Source: Asterionella formosa (Eukaryota). Taken from it: a stretch of DNA of 20,000 bases. Shown one piece after another: positions 1 through 10,345 of this stretch. The stretch spans positions 56,775 through 76,774 of the forward strand of contig NKIB01012542.1 in the NCBI GenBank assembly GCA_002256025.1, written 5' to 3'. A program made the position numbers and the translations under genes. The stretch's first letter is position 1; each line of letters starts with the position of its first letter. The notes beneath the pieces were generated by a model, which was not told the DNA's origin, searched no databases, and saw only the letters and a list, made by a program, of their open reading frames with translations.

Positions 1-1501
1 AGCTGCTAGTTCTTGGTCGTTTCGCAAACACAAAAACTTCCAAGAGAGTGAGCAAAGCGTCATCTCTCGAACATAAATAAATTCCACCACTGCGAGGCTC
101 TCTAGGGAGAAGGAGGTGCACAGGGGCGTGGATTTCCTCAATGCAAAATATTTCCTGCGAGAAAATTTGAGGTGGTTGTTGCTGGCTTCGGTACGGCACT
201 TGCCCTTGGGAGATATGCGGCACATGATGTACTGCAGCAGGTCCAGGCATAGATTTTCCAAACAAATGTAGTTGTTGCATTCTGTGTTGGTGGTAAGCGT
301 TTTGTGCTGCCATATAAACGTGACTTTGATTATTTTGATGCAATCTCCTTGCATTCGCATGCAAATCAGTCTCATCATAAGCAGTTCTTCCCCTTGCGGC
401 TACACCACTATTCTTGTTTGTTGTGAGTTTTCCCACTTCTGTATCCCTTCCTACAGCTATCACCTTCTGATTATCTTCGAGGACACCGGGCTGAAAAGGG
501 ATTCGGGTGACTTGCCTTTGAGCATTATGCTCCAATATCTTTGCATTCTCAGCAGCTTGCACAAAAATCTCATCGGCCCTTTGCCGTGCGGCCAGTCTCT
601 CCTTGAATTCTTCTTCCATTTTTGTTAATTCTGCATCTCTTCTTGAAAGAATCATCGCCTGAATATTTTTTCCGGTTCGTGGCGCTTCATGTATTTGGAT
701 TGTTTGTGCCTCGTTCCGTACCGTAAGCCGAGCAGCTCCTTTATCGGCTTTTTGGATTTCATTACGTTTTTCCGATTCGACTTGTGAATTTTTCTCGTCG
801 GCTCGTTTGACAGGCACGAGTTTGGTTTTTTTCTTTTCCCAACTCTTCCACCAACTTATGTCATGCTCAGTAGACTCCGAAGGACATGGCAGTGACGGTT
901 CGGTGTTGTTCAACAAATTGGTTCGAGCGGGAGAAGGGACTTTTGCCGCAACTTCAAGGCTATCCTTAAGAACACTAGAGCCATTGATCTTAATATCTTT
1001 AATTTGTTCACCTTCTTCGTCATCATCAAGCATAATCGGATTTTCCTCGCGCCCTAGAGCCGTTGTGTTGGTTTGACTTGGAAAGGCAACCACGGACTCA
1101 TGAACGGCTACCGACTCTTGAGGATATCCAGATTTATCTGAGGATACGGTATTCGTAAGTATTTGGCTGCATGGAGGTTGTTTACCTTCATATGGGGGGG
1201 ATACTTGAGCAGCTGTGGATGCCATGTTGTTTGGTTGCGCACTCGCAGCCGTCTCAGCATTGGCGAGAGCAGCGTCAACAGATGTTTGATGTTCATGCTC
1301 TGCATCAGTACTGGCTTTGATGTTACTTCCTTCGACTATTTTCTCCTGTAATGTATCAGTTGCTGCATCAGGCACTGTAGGAGACGCCACTACCACTCGC
1401 TCTGCCAATTGGTCACTGGTTCCCTCGCAACTTGACGATGTACCAAAGATAGCTTCGGACTCGGACGGCTGGTTCTCCCCGGGTTTGTTCAGTTCTGGCA
1501 T
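1..1501 (-). CDS. Partial (3'-truncated by window edge) hypothetical protein, about 500 aa visible, low-complexity/disordered with a short coiled-coil and a Q/H/P-rich segment
   Basis: Manual translation from ATG at 1501 (MPELNKPGENQPSESEAIFGTSS...GREENPIMLDDDEEGEQ...RRDAELTKMEEEFKERLAARQRADE...AYHQHRMQQLHLF...DDALLTLLEVFVFAKRPRTSS) has no stop down to position 2. An in-frame TGA lies upstream of this ATG. The ORF track missed it because it has no stop in the window. Confidence 0.8.
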   Translation of the reverse strand, partial: MPELNKPGENQPSESEAIFGTSSSCEGTSDQLAERVVVASPTVPDAATDTLQEKIVEGSNIKASTDAEHEHQTSVDAALANAETAASAQPNNMASTAAQVSPPYEGKQPPCSQILTNTVSSDKSGYPQESVAVHESVVAFPSQTNTTALGREENPIMLDDDEEGEQIKDIKINGSSVLKDSLEVAAKVPSPARTNLLNNTEPSLPCPSESTEHDISWWKSWEKKKTKLVPVKRADEKNSQVESEKRNEIQKADKGAARLTVRNEAQTIQIHEAPRTGKNIQAMILSRRDAELTKMEEEFKERLAARQRADEIFVQAAENAKILEHNAQRQVTRIPFQPGVLEDNQKVIAVGRDTEVGKLTTNKNSGVAARGRTAYDETDLHANARRLHQNNQSHVYMAAQNAYHQHRMQQLHLFGKSMPGPAAVHHVPHISQGQVPYRSQQQPPQIFSQEIFCIEEIHAPVHLLLPREPRSGGIYLCSRDDALLTLLEVFVFAKRPRTSS

Positions 1502-2781
1502 TGACTGCACTATTTGAACGAGGGGACTTCCTGGTATTGATTGAAACACTTCAACTCCCGACAACGATATGATCCAAGATAATGGCACAGGTTGACAGAT
1601 TGATCAAATTTGGTTTTATGCATTTAAGTACTGGCATACCGGTACCTGGTACCTGGAGCCAATATCAAACAAGGTGCTTGTGCTTTGTCATACCAGGAAC
1701 CTTATCGGTATGAAAACTCAATACATCAGCCATACATATACTGGTATATAAATGTGCCTTTTTGCAGTGGCCGCTCGTCTGTAGCATACTTCAAGGTGTA
1801 CTGGTATGTAAGTACAGTACCCAGGTACAAAAAATGGCGCGCAACATGACGAGAAAGTTAAGCAATGGCTGATATGTAGCAGCTACATAGATTAACGTGC
1901 TGGGGCTAATGCCACAATGAAGGTCCGGTGAAACACGTTTTAAACTTAAAAAAATATCAAGCTAAATATCTCGATTAGCGAACCTTCTAACGTACTGGTA
2001 TCGTACTCTGCTTGTACACCATAAGCATGGCTGATGTGAACGTACGTAGTGGCAACGTTGCTTATACTGCAAGTAATTGTAAAGGCCGGGTCCATTACTT
2101 GTTGGTACATATTTTACGATGGTTTATTTATTTAGAGAAGTAGTCTACAAGTGTTGCCAATGCTAACTTCGCATGAAACTGAGTGACTTACCGGTTTACT
2201 ATATTTCACAGGAACATCAGAACTTCCAAAATGTTGTAGGGAACATTATGCAGATGCAATTTATGTGTATGGCTTATATGTTGCTATTTGTAAGTTGTTA
2301 CCATGCAGTAGGAAAAAGTACCACTAAGATTGTATCAAGTTCAGACGAACTTCTGGATACTGTAGGATCTACCATCACTGTTGCTTACTAGTCCAGCAGC
2401 ATTAATGGGGCACTACAATATGCAATAAGAATGTAAATTAGTAGTTTAGTATGCTAAAGCAAACCTAAATCAATGCATGAATGAATGCCTTTGTTAGATC
2501 TATCAATAACTAAGAGGAGTATCAACATTCAGCTTGCTCTGCCTTGACAAGTTAGCAAACAATTTTTTCAAATTTTGGAGTATAAAATGTTGGTTAGACC
2601 TACTCTACCCATGCTATTCTCCATTCGAGGGATCAAATTTAAAAAAGAATCTCTACTCCAGTTTCCATGATGTGGATATGGAATTCACAATGTTGGTATA
2701 GGAATATTGAATTAAGTTTGATTATTATGATTTATTGTAACCAATACATATGTCGGAAAAAATCAAAGCAAGTTCATCCAC

Positions 2782-3090
2782 ATGTCTTCATGCACAACAC
2801 AAGCAAACATTGAGGAATCTACTAGTGACACTGAACTAGTTGCAGATATGGATATTGTTGATCATGATTTGCTTGCAGGGAGATAATGTGATGCTAGTTA
2901 TGGAGGAACCAGTACTGGTCATGGTAATCACCGTGAAATAATTCTAAAAATATTCTTACAATTCGTGGATATAATTTCTAATTGTCACATACCAGTTGCT
3001 GAAGCTGCTCACAAAGGGCCTGAAGAGAACTGGTTGTATATTTTACTAAGTTTGGATGCCTGAAATCGTTTTTACTATGACTGCAGATAA
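2782..3090 (+). pseudogene. Possible decayed fragment resembling the diatom DUF6824-type domain
   Basis: Frame reads MSSCTTQANIEESTSDTELVADMDIVDHDLLAGR*CDASYGGTSTGHGNHREIILK...LDA*NRFYY with two internal stops. D-L-L-x-G-R...GG...H-G-N loosely recalls the DVLxGRGG...HxGN motif. Judged by eye only. Confidence 0.25.
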
Positions 3091-3412
3091 TTACTTACAA
3101 TCTTGAATAGAATGCTTTTTCTGAGATGATAGATAGAAAGTGATTATTCCCAGTAATGATACAATTCATGCATTGGTCAAAACTATTCATTGTGATATTA
3201 TAAGGCATGATGTAATTTGAATTAGCTGGAAAAACTCAATTCCAGGTATAAATGTTGAAGCATCCAAGCATCGTTTCCATTATTTATACCGATAATCAAA
3301 ACAGGAAAGGGGCAAAAATAATTTCTACAGTAAAATTTACATCTTTCCTCTCGCGAAATGAGGTCCAGGATCATTCCACATGTACCAGCCATGCCTAAAG
3401 ATAGACAGACTA

Positions 3413-4287
3413 CCAGTAAAGAACTGCTGTGACCCACTGAGTTCTCCTATTCGTTTGATTAGTTCGACTAAACCTATTCCATGTCTTGCGAGAATCAAAC
3501 TTGCATGTCTCTTTTTAACCAAAGGAGTCAGCAGGTTGTGGATCTGTCGATATTTTCATTGAAGGTCGAGGTACTGAGATACGAACCCTTTTATGTGGAC
3601 AAAATTTGCCGGTAATGGGTTACAGCCGTACTTCAATTTTTATATATAGTTGTATATAATTTTATGTACCGTTACGATCACGGATTACCCCGTTTGGTTT
3701 TCGCAAAATTATTTTTAAGAAGAATTTTCGTATCCAGATTTATCCCAGTACCTGCTGAACCAGGGTACCACCGGTACATACCGATACATCACAATCACAC
3801 ACAAATGCATCCAGCCGTCAACATATACCGGTATGTACCGGTTTCGGTGCACACTTTCTTCGGATTGTTGTACGGGGGCTGATGGTGGGTCGACCTTGGC
3901 GCGCCCGTTTATGCATGCTGAAGTTACTTAATCAATGTCAGGGAATAGGGATATGTTATGACAAGAATCATAGGCAAAATAAATCGCATGCGATATTTTT
4001 GTATCTAGTTGCGTATATCACAAAACAATGAATCCTTAAAACATGGGGTAATCCGTGTTCTGGCAATATTTTCGTCGATTGCACTTTTCAACCAATATTT
4101 TAGGAGAGACAAATTGCTATAAAGTTATATCTAATGGCATATCCTTAAAGTGTAGATGGTCAGGATTTGGGTCGAAGTTTTAAAATTAACATATTGGCAT
4201 TTGGTGGGGTTAAACCGTGTTTTTCTCCTGTTCAGTGGGTCACAGCGGTTCCAATTTTTTTAGTGGGTCACAGCAGTTTTTTACTGG
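3413..4287. mobile_element. Non-autonomous Tc1/mariner-pogo type DNA transposon (MITE-like, 875 bp)
   Basis: Left TIR CCAGTAAAGAACTGCTGTGACCCACT (3413-3438) matches the reverse complement of 4262-4287 at 25/26 positions. TA lies immediately outside both ends (3411-3412, 4288-4289). There is an extra inner copy of the TIR core at 4232-4251 and no transposase ORF inside. Confidence 0.85.
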
Positions 4288-4520
4288 TACCAGGTACAGG
4301 TACCGTTACGTAGTTATTTAGTCATGAGCATCATGAAATATCAGCATCGATGTTAATGTTATATGAAATTATAATAATTGTTCACCATCATCACCATGTC
4401 AACGAGAGCGCAATATACATAGTAAACTGAAACCGCACCACTTACAATAAGTCAGCCACTCTGATCCGGTCCTGAACCATTCCACGCAATCGATTCGATC
4501 TGATTCATTCAAACACAACA

Positions 4521-7500
4521 ATGAGAATAACAATATCCACTCTCGGAATCTTGTTTTCCGCTCCCTTTTCCGCTTGGGCCAATCCATCGTCTAAACCGTA
4601 CGTGCCCTTCCGCACAGACCCCTTTGACCAGCCTGATACAAACCACAAGCTCCTCTTGCCGCCTGATCTGCGTGTTTCCACAACCACCCGCTATGACGCT
4701 CACGCGACGTCCCACAAGCAGTGCCCCCTCCAATTCTCCCTGGGCATTTCTCGCCGTGCCCACGTCCCTCCGAACGCTAATAACAAGCGGATTGTACAGC
4801 CACCCACGATTTATCCTGTGCACCCTTCTTATGGATCTGGCAGGCAAGTCATTCATACGACACAATATGAGCATCTCGACATGCTCAGTCCACAGCAACT
4901 GTTTGATGCGTCCAGCATCATCAAGGAAGGCTTGCAGCAGCAGCCGGATTTTCCGCTCTTGATGGAGTCGTCGAGCTTCATTGGAGCGCCCTTAGTATAT
5001 GATGTCAATGGGGATGGCATTCCAGATGCGGTCATGGCCGACTACGATGGAGGCATTTATTTCATTGGGCTGAAGGTTGACAAGAAGCATCAGCGCTTCT
5101 TTCACAAGGCGCAGATTCCACGACTGCACATCCGCAAGGCATGGGTAGAATCAAGATTGAACGAGACAATTCCAAAAGAAGAAACGAACGATACGGAGAC
5201 TAACACAAGGATGGTGGATCCCTATCATTCATATTTTGAATATGGATCCAAGGAGGCGAAGGATGATATCTTGCGAGGCGTCACGGCCAATTTGATGGGA
5301 CAGGATACAAAGGACTTGAAGGGACTGGAAGAACGGCGACAACGCAAGGTTAATCAAGATAGAATCGAGGAGCCTAAAGTCTTTGAATTAACTCAACAAA
5401 TGAATGAAACTCACGAGCACATTGAAATGAATCATCGTCGGCTGCAGGAAGTGACACAAGAAGTTGTAAAGGACGATGCTCATGAAGGTGCAAATGGAGC
5501 TCCTAGCGAACATGTCAACAAAGAAGTAAAGGAAGCTTTAAAGGAAAACTATCTGGAAGATACCAACAAAACATCACAGGACGCGGTCAAAGAAAATGCT
5601 AAGGAAAATAGTGTCAACGAAACCCAGAAAGAAATCATCAAGGAAGGAGCGCAAGTTGTTACGCGAGGCGTTGAAGAGGAAGGGCATCACCATATTATAA
5701 ACGAATTTAAGCCGGAAGAAGTTGGGCAAGCAATTAACGAAGCGGTCGAGCACTTCAAGGCAGACAACCCCGATTTCCATGATGACATTCCTATAGAAGA
5801 CAGCGAGAATGCAGAATGGGAAGCTGCAAGAGCAGGCGAAGGGGTTGGCTGGGGTGATGACTATAGCGGAGATGAGCATGATAGGGACTTGGGAGATCGA
5901 GACTCCGGGGATGGCAACTCGGAAGCAGGTGATTTTCATTTTGTGGAGTCGTATGAAGCTGGCGAAAAGGAGAAGGGCGGTGAACACGAGTTAGAGAAAA
6001 ATGAAGAAAACATCGATATTCCCAAGAGCTATTACGACGACTATAGGATTCACGGATATGATGATTACTCCGGCGGAAGATATGGGGCTTATCATGAAGA
6101 CATATATGATGCCAAACATTACATTCGACTGCCTCCACATGTGCTTTCGACGCCTGTCTTGGCCGAAGTACCGAAGGCATATTCCAATGACAAGAATGAA
6201 ATGGAGGAAATGTTGTTCATCGCTGTGAGCTATTACTTAGATGAGGATGAGTACGAAGGACTCTTTTCCTACAAGCGTTTCGAAGCGACGGACAAGGGTG
6301 ATGAGACGGAGGTAAACCGAGGAATGCACGTTGCCAGTGCCCTCGTCGTTTATAATTTTGAGGGCACAAGTGCTAGATTTGGACGAGAACAGCACCTGGA
6401 CCTAAGTGGCGATGCGACAGCTCCACAAAATCACACCATGGTTGGTCAGATTCCCATTCGAGTTGACGAGACGAAGCTTGGCGCCTTCGCTCTTGGTAGT
6501 CCAACTATTGCGGATATTGACGGAAATGGTGACGATGATGTCATCATAGGGACAAGTATGGGAATGATTTATTGTTTCAATGCCCGACACTTCTACAATT
6601 CAGATGGGTGGCCGATTCAGGTCGAACATTCTGTAGAGTCACGTATTTTGGTGGAAGACACCATGGGAAATACCAACTTGGAGGTATATGTTAATGACGT
6701 TGGAGGCAACATTTACTGTTTTAGCGACAAGGGTGAAGTACTTTGGCGAAGAAATCTGTTGCAATCCGTAACAGATGGTGCGGAACTCAGAGGTTCAAGT
6801 GCAATGACGATGGGCGATGTTGATGGTGACGGAAAGCTGGATATTGTGATGGCAGTGAAAACTTTGAATCCTCGTGGTGAATGGAGTACATACATTATTG
6901 CAGTTTCGGCCATTACAGGAGACGATCTTGATGCATTTCCAATAGAATTTGATTCGCCGTTGCCACTAGACGACGGGATGGGGGACGCATTGCTTCATCA
7001 GACGTTGCCGCAACCTCTCCTTGTGGATTTGCACGCCGATCAAAGTCATTGGAAAGCTTACCTCTACCGTAATGGTACCACATGGCAACATCCAAAGAAG
7101 GAGAACAAGAAAGAAATGGGAACTCCGCATGGGGGGAGCGCTTCAGGTTTACATATTGTTCAGCCTGTCGGCTCAAATCTATTCATAGTTGAAGCTGGTT
7201 CGGGCTGTATCCAATCGGTAGCCATTGGCGAGGAAGTTGTTGCCATGGTTCAAGCAGACGATGTCCATGGTACCAATAACTTAGATCTCGTTGTCTCAAC
7301 GACAACTGGCAACATTGTCACTCTGGAGTCACCGGTTGTGCCTTACCATCCCCTCAATGTTTGGAATACTGGCGAAGTTCGAAGTCGAAGAAATAATTTT
7401 GCTCAAGGCTTCACCGCATCCCAAGGAATATTTGTTCATGATGTGAGCAGGCGATTTAGGGATGTTTTTGGTGTCTATGTTCCTGTAACGCTGGAAATTT

Positions 7501-7892
7501 TTGACAACAGACCAAATATTGCCAACGAACCAGACAAACGAGTCTACAAGGTTGAGATCCGAGATGGAACATCACCAACAAGAGTCATCTTTAGGAAGAC
7601 TTTTGACCAGGCTGGAGTTTACACTGAGCGAGTGTATATCAAATATGGTCCAGGCTTCTACACATTGAGCGTGATTCTAAAGACTACCAATAATATCTTT
7701 TATGAAGACACTTTCCATCTTGGATACAATGTCCATTTTATGGATGGGTTTGGTCTGCTTCTTTACCTTCCCCTCTTCTTGGCCACAATCCCAATTCTCT
7801 TCTGCAGTAGGAAGAAGGCCAATTGGGATGACGATGATTTTGGTGAGGATGAAAGAGATGGCAAGGGACTTGGCATTCTAGGAAGAGCATAA
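4521..7892 (+). CDS. DEX1: DEX1-like (Defective in Exine Formation 1) FG-GAP/beta-propeller calcium-binding single-pass membrane protein
   Basis: 1123-aa ORF with an N-terminal signal peptide. FG-GAP/DxDxDG Ca-binding loops: DVNGDGIPD, DIDGNGDDD, DVDGDGKLD, DDVHGTNNLD. DEX1-like blocks: PRLHIRKAW, HVLSTPVLA, AVSYYLDEDEY, LDLSGD, SPTIADIDG, YHPLNVW. Also an acidic insert and a C-terminal TM helix (FGLLLYLPLFLATIPILF). Confidence 0.9.
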   Translation: MRITISTLGILFSAPFSAWANPSSKPYVPFRTDPFDQPDTNHKLLLPPDLRVSTTTRYDAHATSHKQCPLQFSLGISRRAHVPPNANNKRIVQPPTIYPVHPSYGSGRQVIHTTQYEHLDMLSPQQLFDASSIIKEGLQQQPDFPLLMESSSFIGAPLVYDVNGDGIPDAVMADYDGGIYFIGLKVDKKHQRFFHKAQIPRLHIRKAWVESRLNETIPKEETNDTETNTRMVDPYHSYFEYGSKEAKDDILRGVTANLMGQDTKDLKGLEERRQRKVNQDRIEEPKVFELTQQMNETHEHIEMNHRRLQEVTQEVVKDDAHEGANGAPSEHVNKEVKEALKENYLEDTNKTSQDAVKENAKENSVNETQKEIIKEGAQVVTRGVEEEGHHHIINEFKPEEVGQAINEAVEHFKADNPDFHDDIPIEDSENAEWEAARAGEGVGWGDDYSGDEHDRDLGDRDSGDGNSEAGDFHFVESYEAGEKEKGGEHELEKNEENIDIPKSYYDDYRIHGYDDYSGGRYGAYHEDIYDAKHYIRLPPHVLSTPVLAEVPKAYSNDKNEMEEMLFIAVSYYLDEDEYEGLFSYKRFEATDKGDETEVNRGMHVASALVVYNFEGTSARFGREQHLDLSGDATAPQNHTMVGQIPIRVDETKLGAFALGSPTIADIDGNGDDDVIIGTSMGMIYCFNARHFYNSDGWPIQVEHSVESRILVEDTMGNTNLEVYVNDVGGNIYCFSDKGEVLWRRNLLQSVTDGAELRGSSAMTMGDVDGDGKLDIVMAVKTLNPRGEWSTYIIAVSAITGDDLDAFPIEFDSPLPLDDGMGDALLHQTLPQPLLVDLHADQSHWKAYLYRNGTTWQHPKKENKKEMGTPHGGSASGLHIVQPVGSNLFIVEAGSGCIQSVAIGEEVVAMVQADDVHGTNNLDLVVSTTTGNIVTLESPVVPYHPLNVWNTGEVRSRRNNFAQGFTASQGIFVHDVSRRFRDVFGVYVPVTLEIFDNRPNIANEPDKRVYKVEIRDGTSPTRVIFRKTFDQAGVYTERVYIKYGPGFYTLSVILKTTNNIFYEDTFHLGYNVHFMDGFGLLLYLPLFLATIPILFCSRKKANWDDDDFGEDERDGKGLGILGRA

Positions 7893-7985
7893 GATTAATG
7901 CATAGTTTGACACATCTTTTGCTCCACAAAGGAAGTGCCAACAAAGATATACTTTGTGCAACTTGCCTTCTAGAATATTCTATAT

Positions 7986-9521
7986 TTACATTCCTAGCTC
8001 TTTTTTCAACTTCTCAAATTCATCGTCAACTTTAAGCTCACGTAATCTCCGCTTATCGTCTTGGGATTGGCTTGGAGTAGATGTTCTTCTATGAGGTGGT
8101 ACTGGCGGTTCCCACAATGAGTTTCCCACCATCTGTGAATCTGATGTTGATTTCTGAGTAGTTGATTTTGAATAATCTTGATGGGGAGGTTGTGGACGTG
8201 TGCCTGCATTTCCTTTGGTGCGAGGAGTGCTAGTTGAAGCAGTTCCTTGTGTGGAGGTGGGACCTCTCCTTCTCCTACCACTTCCTCTGTGTCCATTTGA
8301 GCCAAACCCTTGATTTTTCCATGCATCTTCTTCAGAATCAGTGCCACCTGATGAACCTTGCTTTGATTCAGTACTAGAGTTTCTGGAAGGTGATGACGAG
8401 GATGTAGAATAAGGCGACGATGGTGACCCAGAGCCATCATGAGACGAAGTTTTGCTACTTCGGCCCTGGGCTTGAATGTCATTCTCTCTGCTGACAATGA
8501 GTTCCTTATATTTGGTCTGCAGTGCCAGGAGCCGTTTCCGGGCCTTTTTCAAGTAGCCTTGTACAACTTTCTTCCTGGCTTCAAGCTCATCAACCTTTTC
8601 TTCAAAATCCAGCTTCTCAATGTATCGAGTGGTAGCCTTCAGATCAGCCTTGCGCATGATGAGTTCATCCTCTACATTTGAAAGCTTAGATGACAATTGT
8701 TGTACAACAAGATCCGTATCATCCATTTCGTTAGAAATATCCTCGAAAGATCCCATCTGTAAGAGATTGTAAAGATTTGCATCATCATTCCCCCCAGCCA
8801 TATCATTTCCTTCTAGAAACTCGATAAAATCACGGAAGATGGAAGCTCCTCCGATTCCACCGCTTGCTGCTGCACCAGCAACACCACTAATGAGATCCGA
8901 AAAGATGGAGCCTAGTGAGTCTCCACCAGTGTCATAATCCGACTCATCATACTTTGGCATGTAGTCCCCCATGTAGTCTCTCCAATCTGTGGATGAGTTC
9001 GGTGCTTTGTAGGAACTAGCCCGTCGATGCGGCGGAGTATACCCCGTAGAACCCCCCGGGGTTGATTGTGTCTTGGAGGCAGACGCCGAGTATCCGCCAG
9101 ACTTGTCATTTTGATTCTTCCCACTCAACGTTGCATAGGCCCAGTTAATCTTGGCAAATACATCTCCTGCCTTCCTCTTTTCTTCCGCTGTACTACTTTG
9201 ATTTGTAACAACGTCTGGGTGGTATTTGACAGCCATTCTCTTGTACGCTCGCTTGATTTCCTTCTTGTCAAGGTCGGGGGACACACTTAGGCCGAGAATT
9301 TCATAAGGATCATTCGAGTCTACTATGTTCAGAAATAGCATCGTTAATTCTGATCTGCGTGACCCCGAAGGAAAGAAGGGAATACCAACAGCTGGGATCA
9401 CTGAGAACGGCCGTGCATATCGCGTGGGCGGAGCAATCACAAACGCGCATCCAAGATTGCAGGGGAAAAAAATGTTTGCCGCCGTCACCGCGACAACGGT
9501 TGCTTGGCTAGAAGTAATCAT
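7986..9521 (-). CDS. DnaJ (J-domain, class C) protein with coiled-coil region, probably plastid-targeted
   Basis: J-domain DPYEILGL...[16 protein letters not shown]...[12 protein letters not shown] with an intact HPD. The ORF-track start at 9644 is TTG; the first ATG is at 9521 (511 aa). This start gives a hydrophobic leader followed by GCA|FVIAPP (ASAFAP-like) and an S/R/P-rich transit-like stretch. Confidence 0.88.
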   Translation of the reverse strand: MITSSQATVVAVTAANIFFPCNLGCAFVIAPPTRYARPFSVIPAVGIPFFPSGSRRSELTMLFLNIVDSNDPYEILGLSVSPDLDKKEIKRAYKRMAVKYHPDVVTNQSSTAEEKRKAGDVFAKINWAYATLSGKNQNDKSGGYSASASKTQSTPGGSTGYTPPHRRASSYKAPNSSTDWRDYMGDYMPKYDESDYDTGGDSLGSIFSDLISGVAGAAASGGIGGASIFRDFIEFLEGNDMAGGNDDANLYNLLQMGSFEDISNEMDDTDLVVQQLSSKLSNVEDELIMRKADLKATTRYIEKLDFEEKVDELEARKKVVQGYLKKARKRLLALQTKYKELIVSRENDIQAQGRSSKTSSHDGSGSPSSPYSTSSSSPSRNSSTESKQGSSGGTDSEEDAWKNQGFGSNGHRGSGRRRRGPTSTQGTASTSTPRTKGNAGTRPQPPHQDYSKSTTQKSTSDSQMVGNSLWEPPVPPHRRTSTPSQSQDDKRRLRELKVDDEFEKLKKELGM

Positions 9522-10029
9522 AGTATTAATGAATGGTTTCGACTCTTCTCTGGGAAAGGTTAATGATGGTGCAGCTGTCGGCGGGCTAGTCTGGAAATAT
9601 GGATCAATGCGCTTGATCGAAATTCGAATGACATCATCAGCCAAAAAACTTGGGACTGGCTCATCTTGCAGGAATATTCCGGTGAACTACCGTTACTAAA
9701 TTGCAAAGTTGGAGTTCTTACTGTGATACCCCTGATAGTTTGAAGCTTGGTTCGTCTGATCACCCTCCTGTCATGTGCACACAAAACGGTGTATATACCG
9801 GTATCATTGTATAGGCATTAAAAATTTAAACTCTATATAAACTCTAAACAAAGTACACATTGACAAGTTGCATTTCAGTGACACTTTGACATTTACCGGT
9901 ACGGAGGTCAGATATGGACAGGCTACAAAGAAAAGATTCTACACACTACATTGGCACAAGACGGAATCCAGAATCCGTTTGTATACCATACTTGATGTCG
10001 AAATTGGGCGACACTTTCTAAAATATACA

Positions 10030-10345
10030 ATGCATGTACCAAATATTGCACAGATTAGTATGGTTCACCCTGTATACATGTCTGGAAACAGTTGCATCGA
10101 TTTTTCAAATTTATCCGGGGTCATTTCGACTCCTATGATTTTCTCCGGCTCATTGCTCTATTGTGCGGCTTGCTCTAAGCTACAGAATCATGTAAAATAC
10201 ATATGTAGTAAATTAAAAATTGGCAACTATGTATGAAAAAAGGTTTTTGGGCATTTTCGATTTTCTTTTATGGCTATCTCGAGCAAAATGCAGATGCATG
10301 ACGACCCATTTTTCTTCAAACCATCTATTCTAAACATACATACGA
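10030..10345 (+). repeat. Dispersed repeat copy 1 (probable old non-autonomous TE fragment)
   Basis: Colinear with 19243-19565. Example: AAAAAAGGTTTTTGGGCATTTTCGATTTTC...ATCTCGAGCAAAATGCAGATGCATGACGACCCATT versus AAAAAAGGTTTTTCGGCTTTTTCGATTTTC...ATCTCGAGCGAAATGCAGATATATGATGACCCATT. Boundaries are approximate. Confidence 0.8.

Noticed and set aside
272..1517. Short ORF-track calls (118, 89, 65, 62, 66 aa)
   Set aside because: They are antisense or alternative-frame shadows of the long minus-strand ORF.
9522..9644. N-terminal extension of the DnaJ ORF
   Set aside because: Starts at TTG. The first ATG at 9521 places the signal peptide at the N-terminus.
4399..9699. Short ORFs overlapping the DEX1-like and DnaJ genes
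   Set aside because: Shadow frames of strongly supported genes, with no recognisable motifs.
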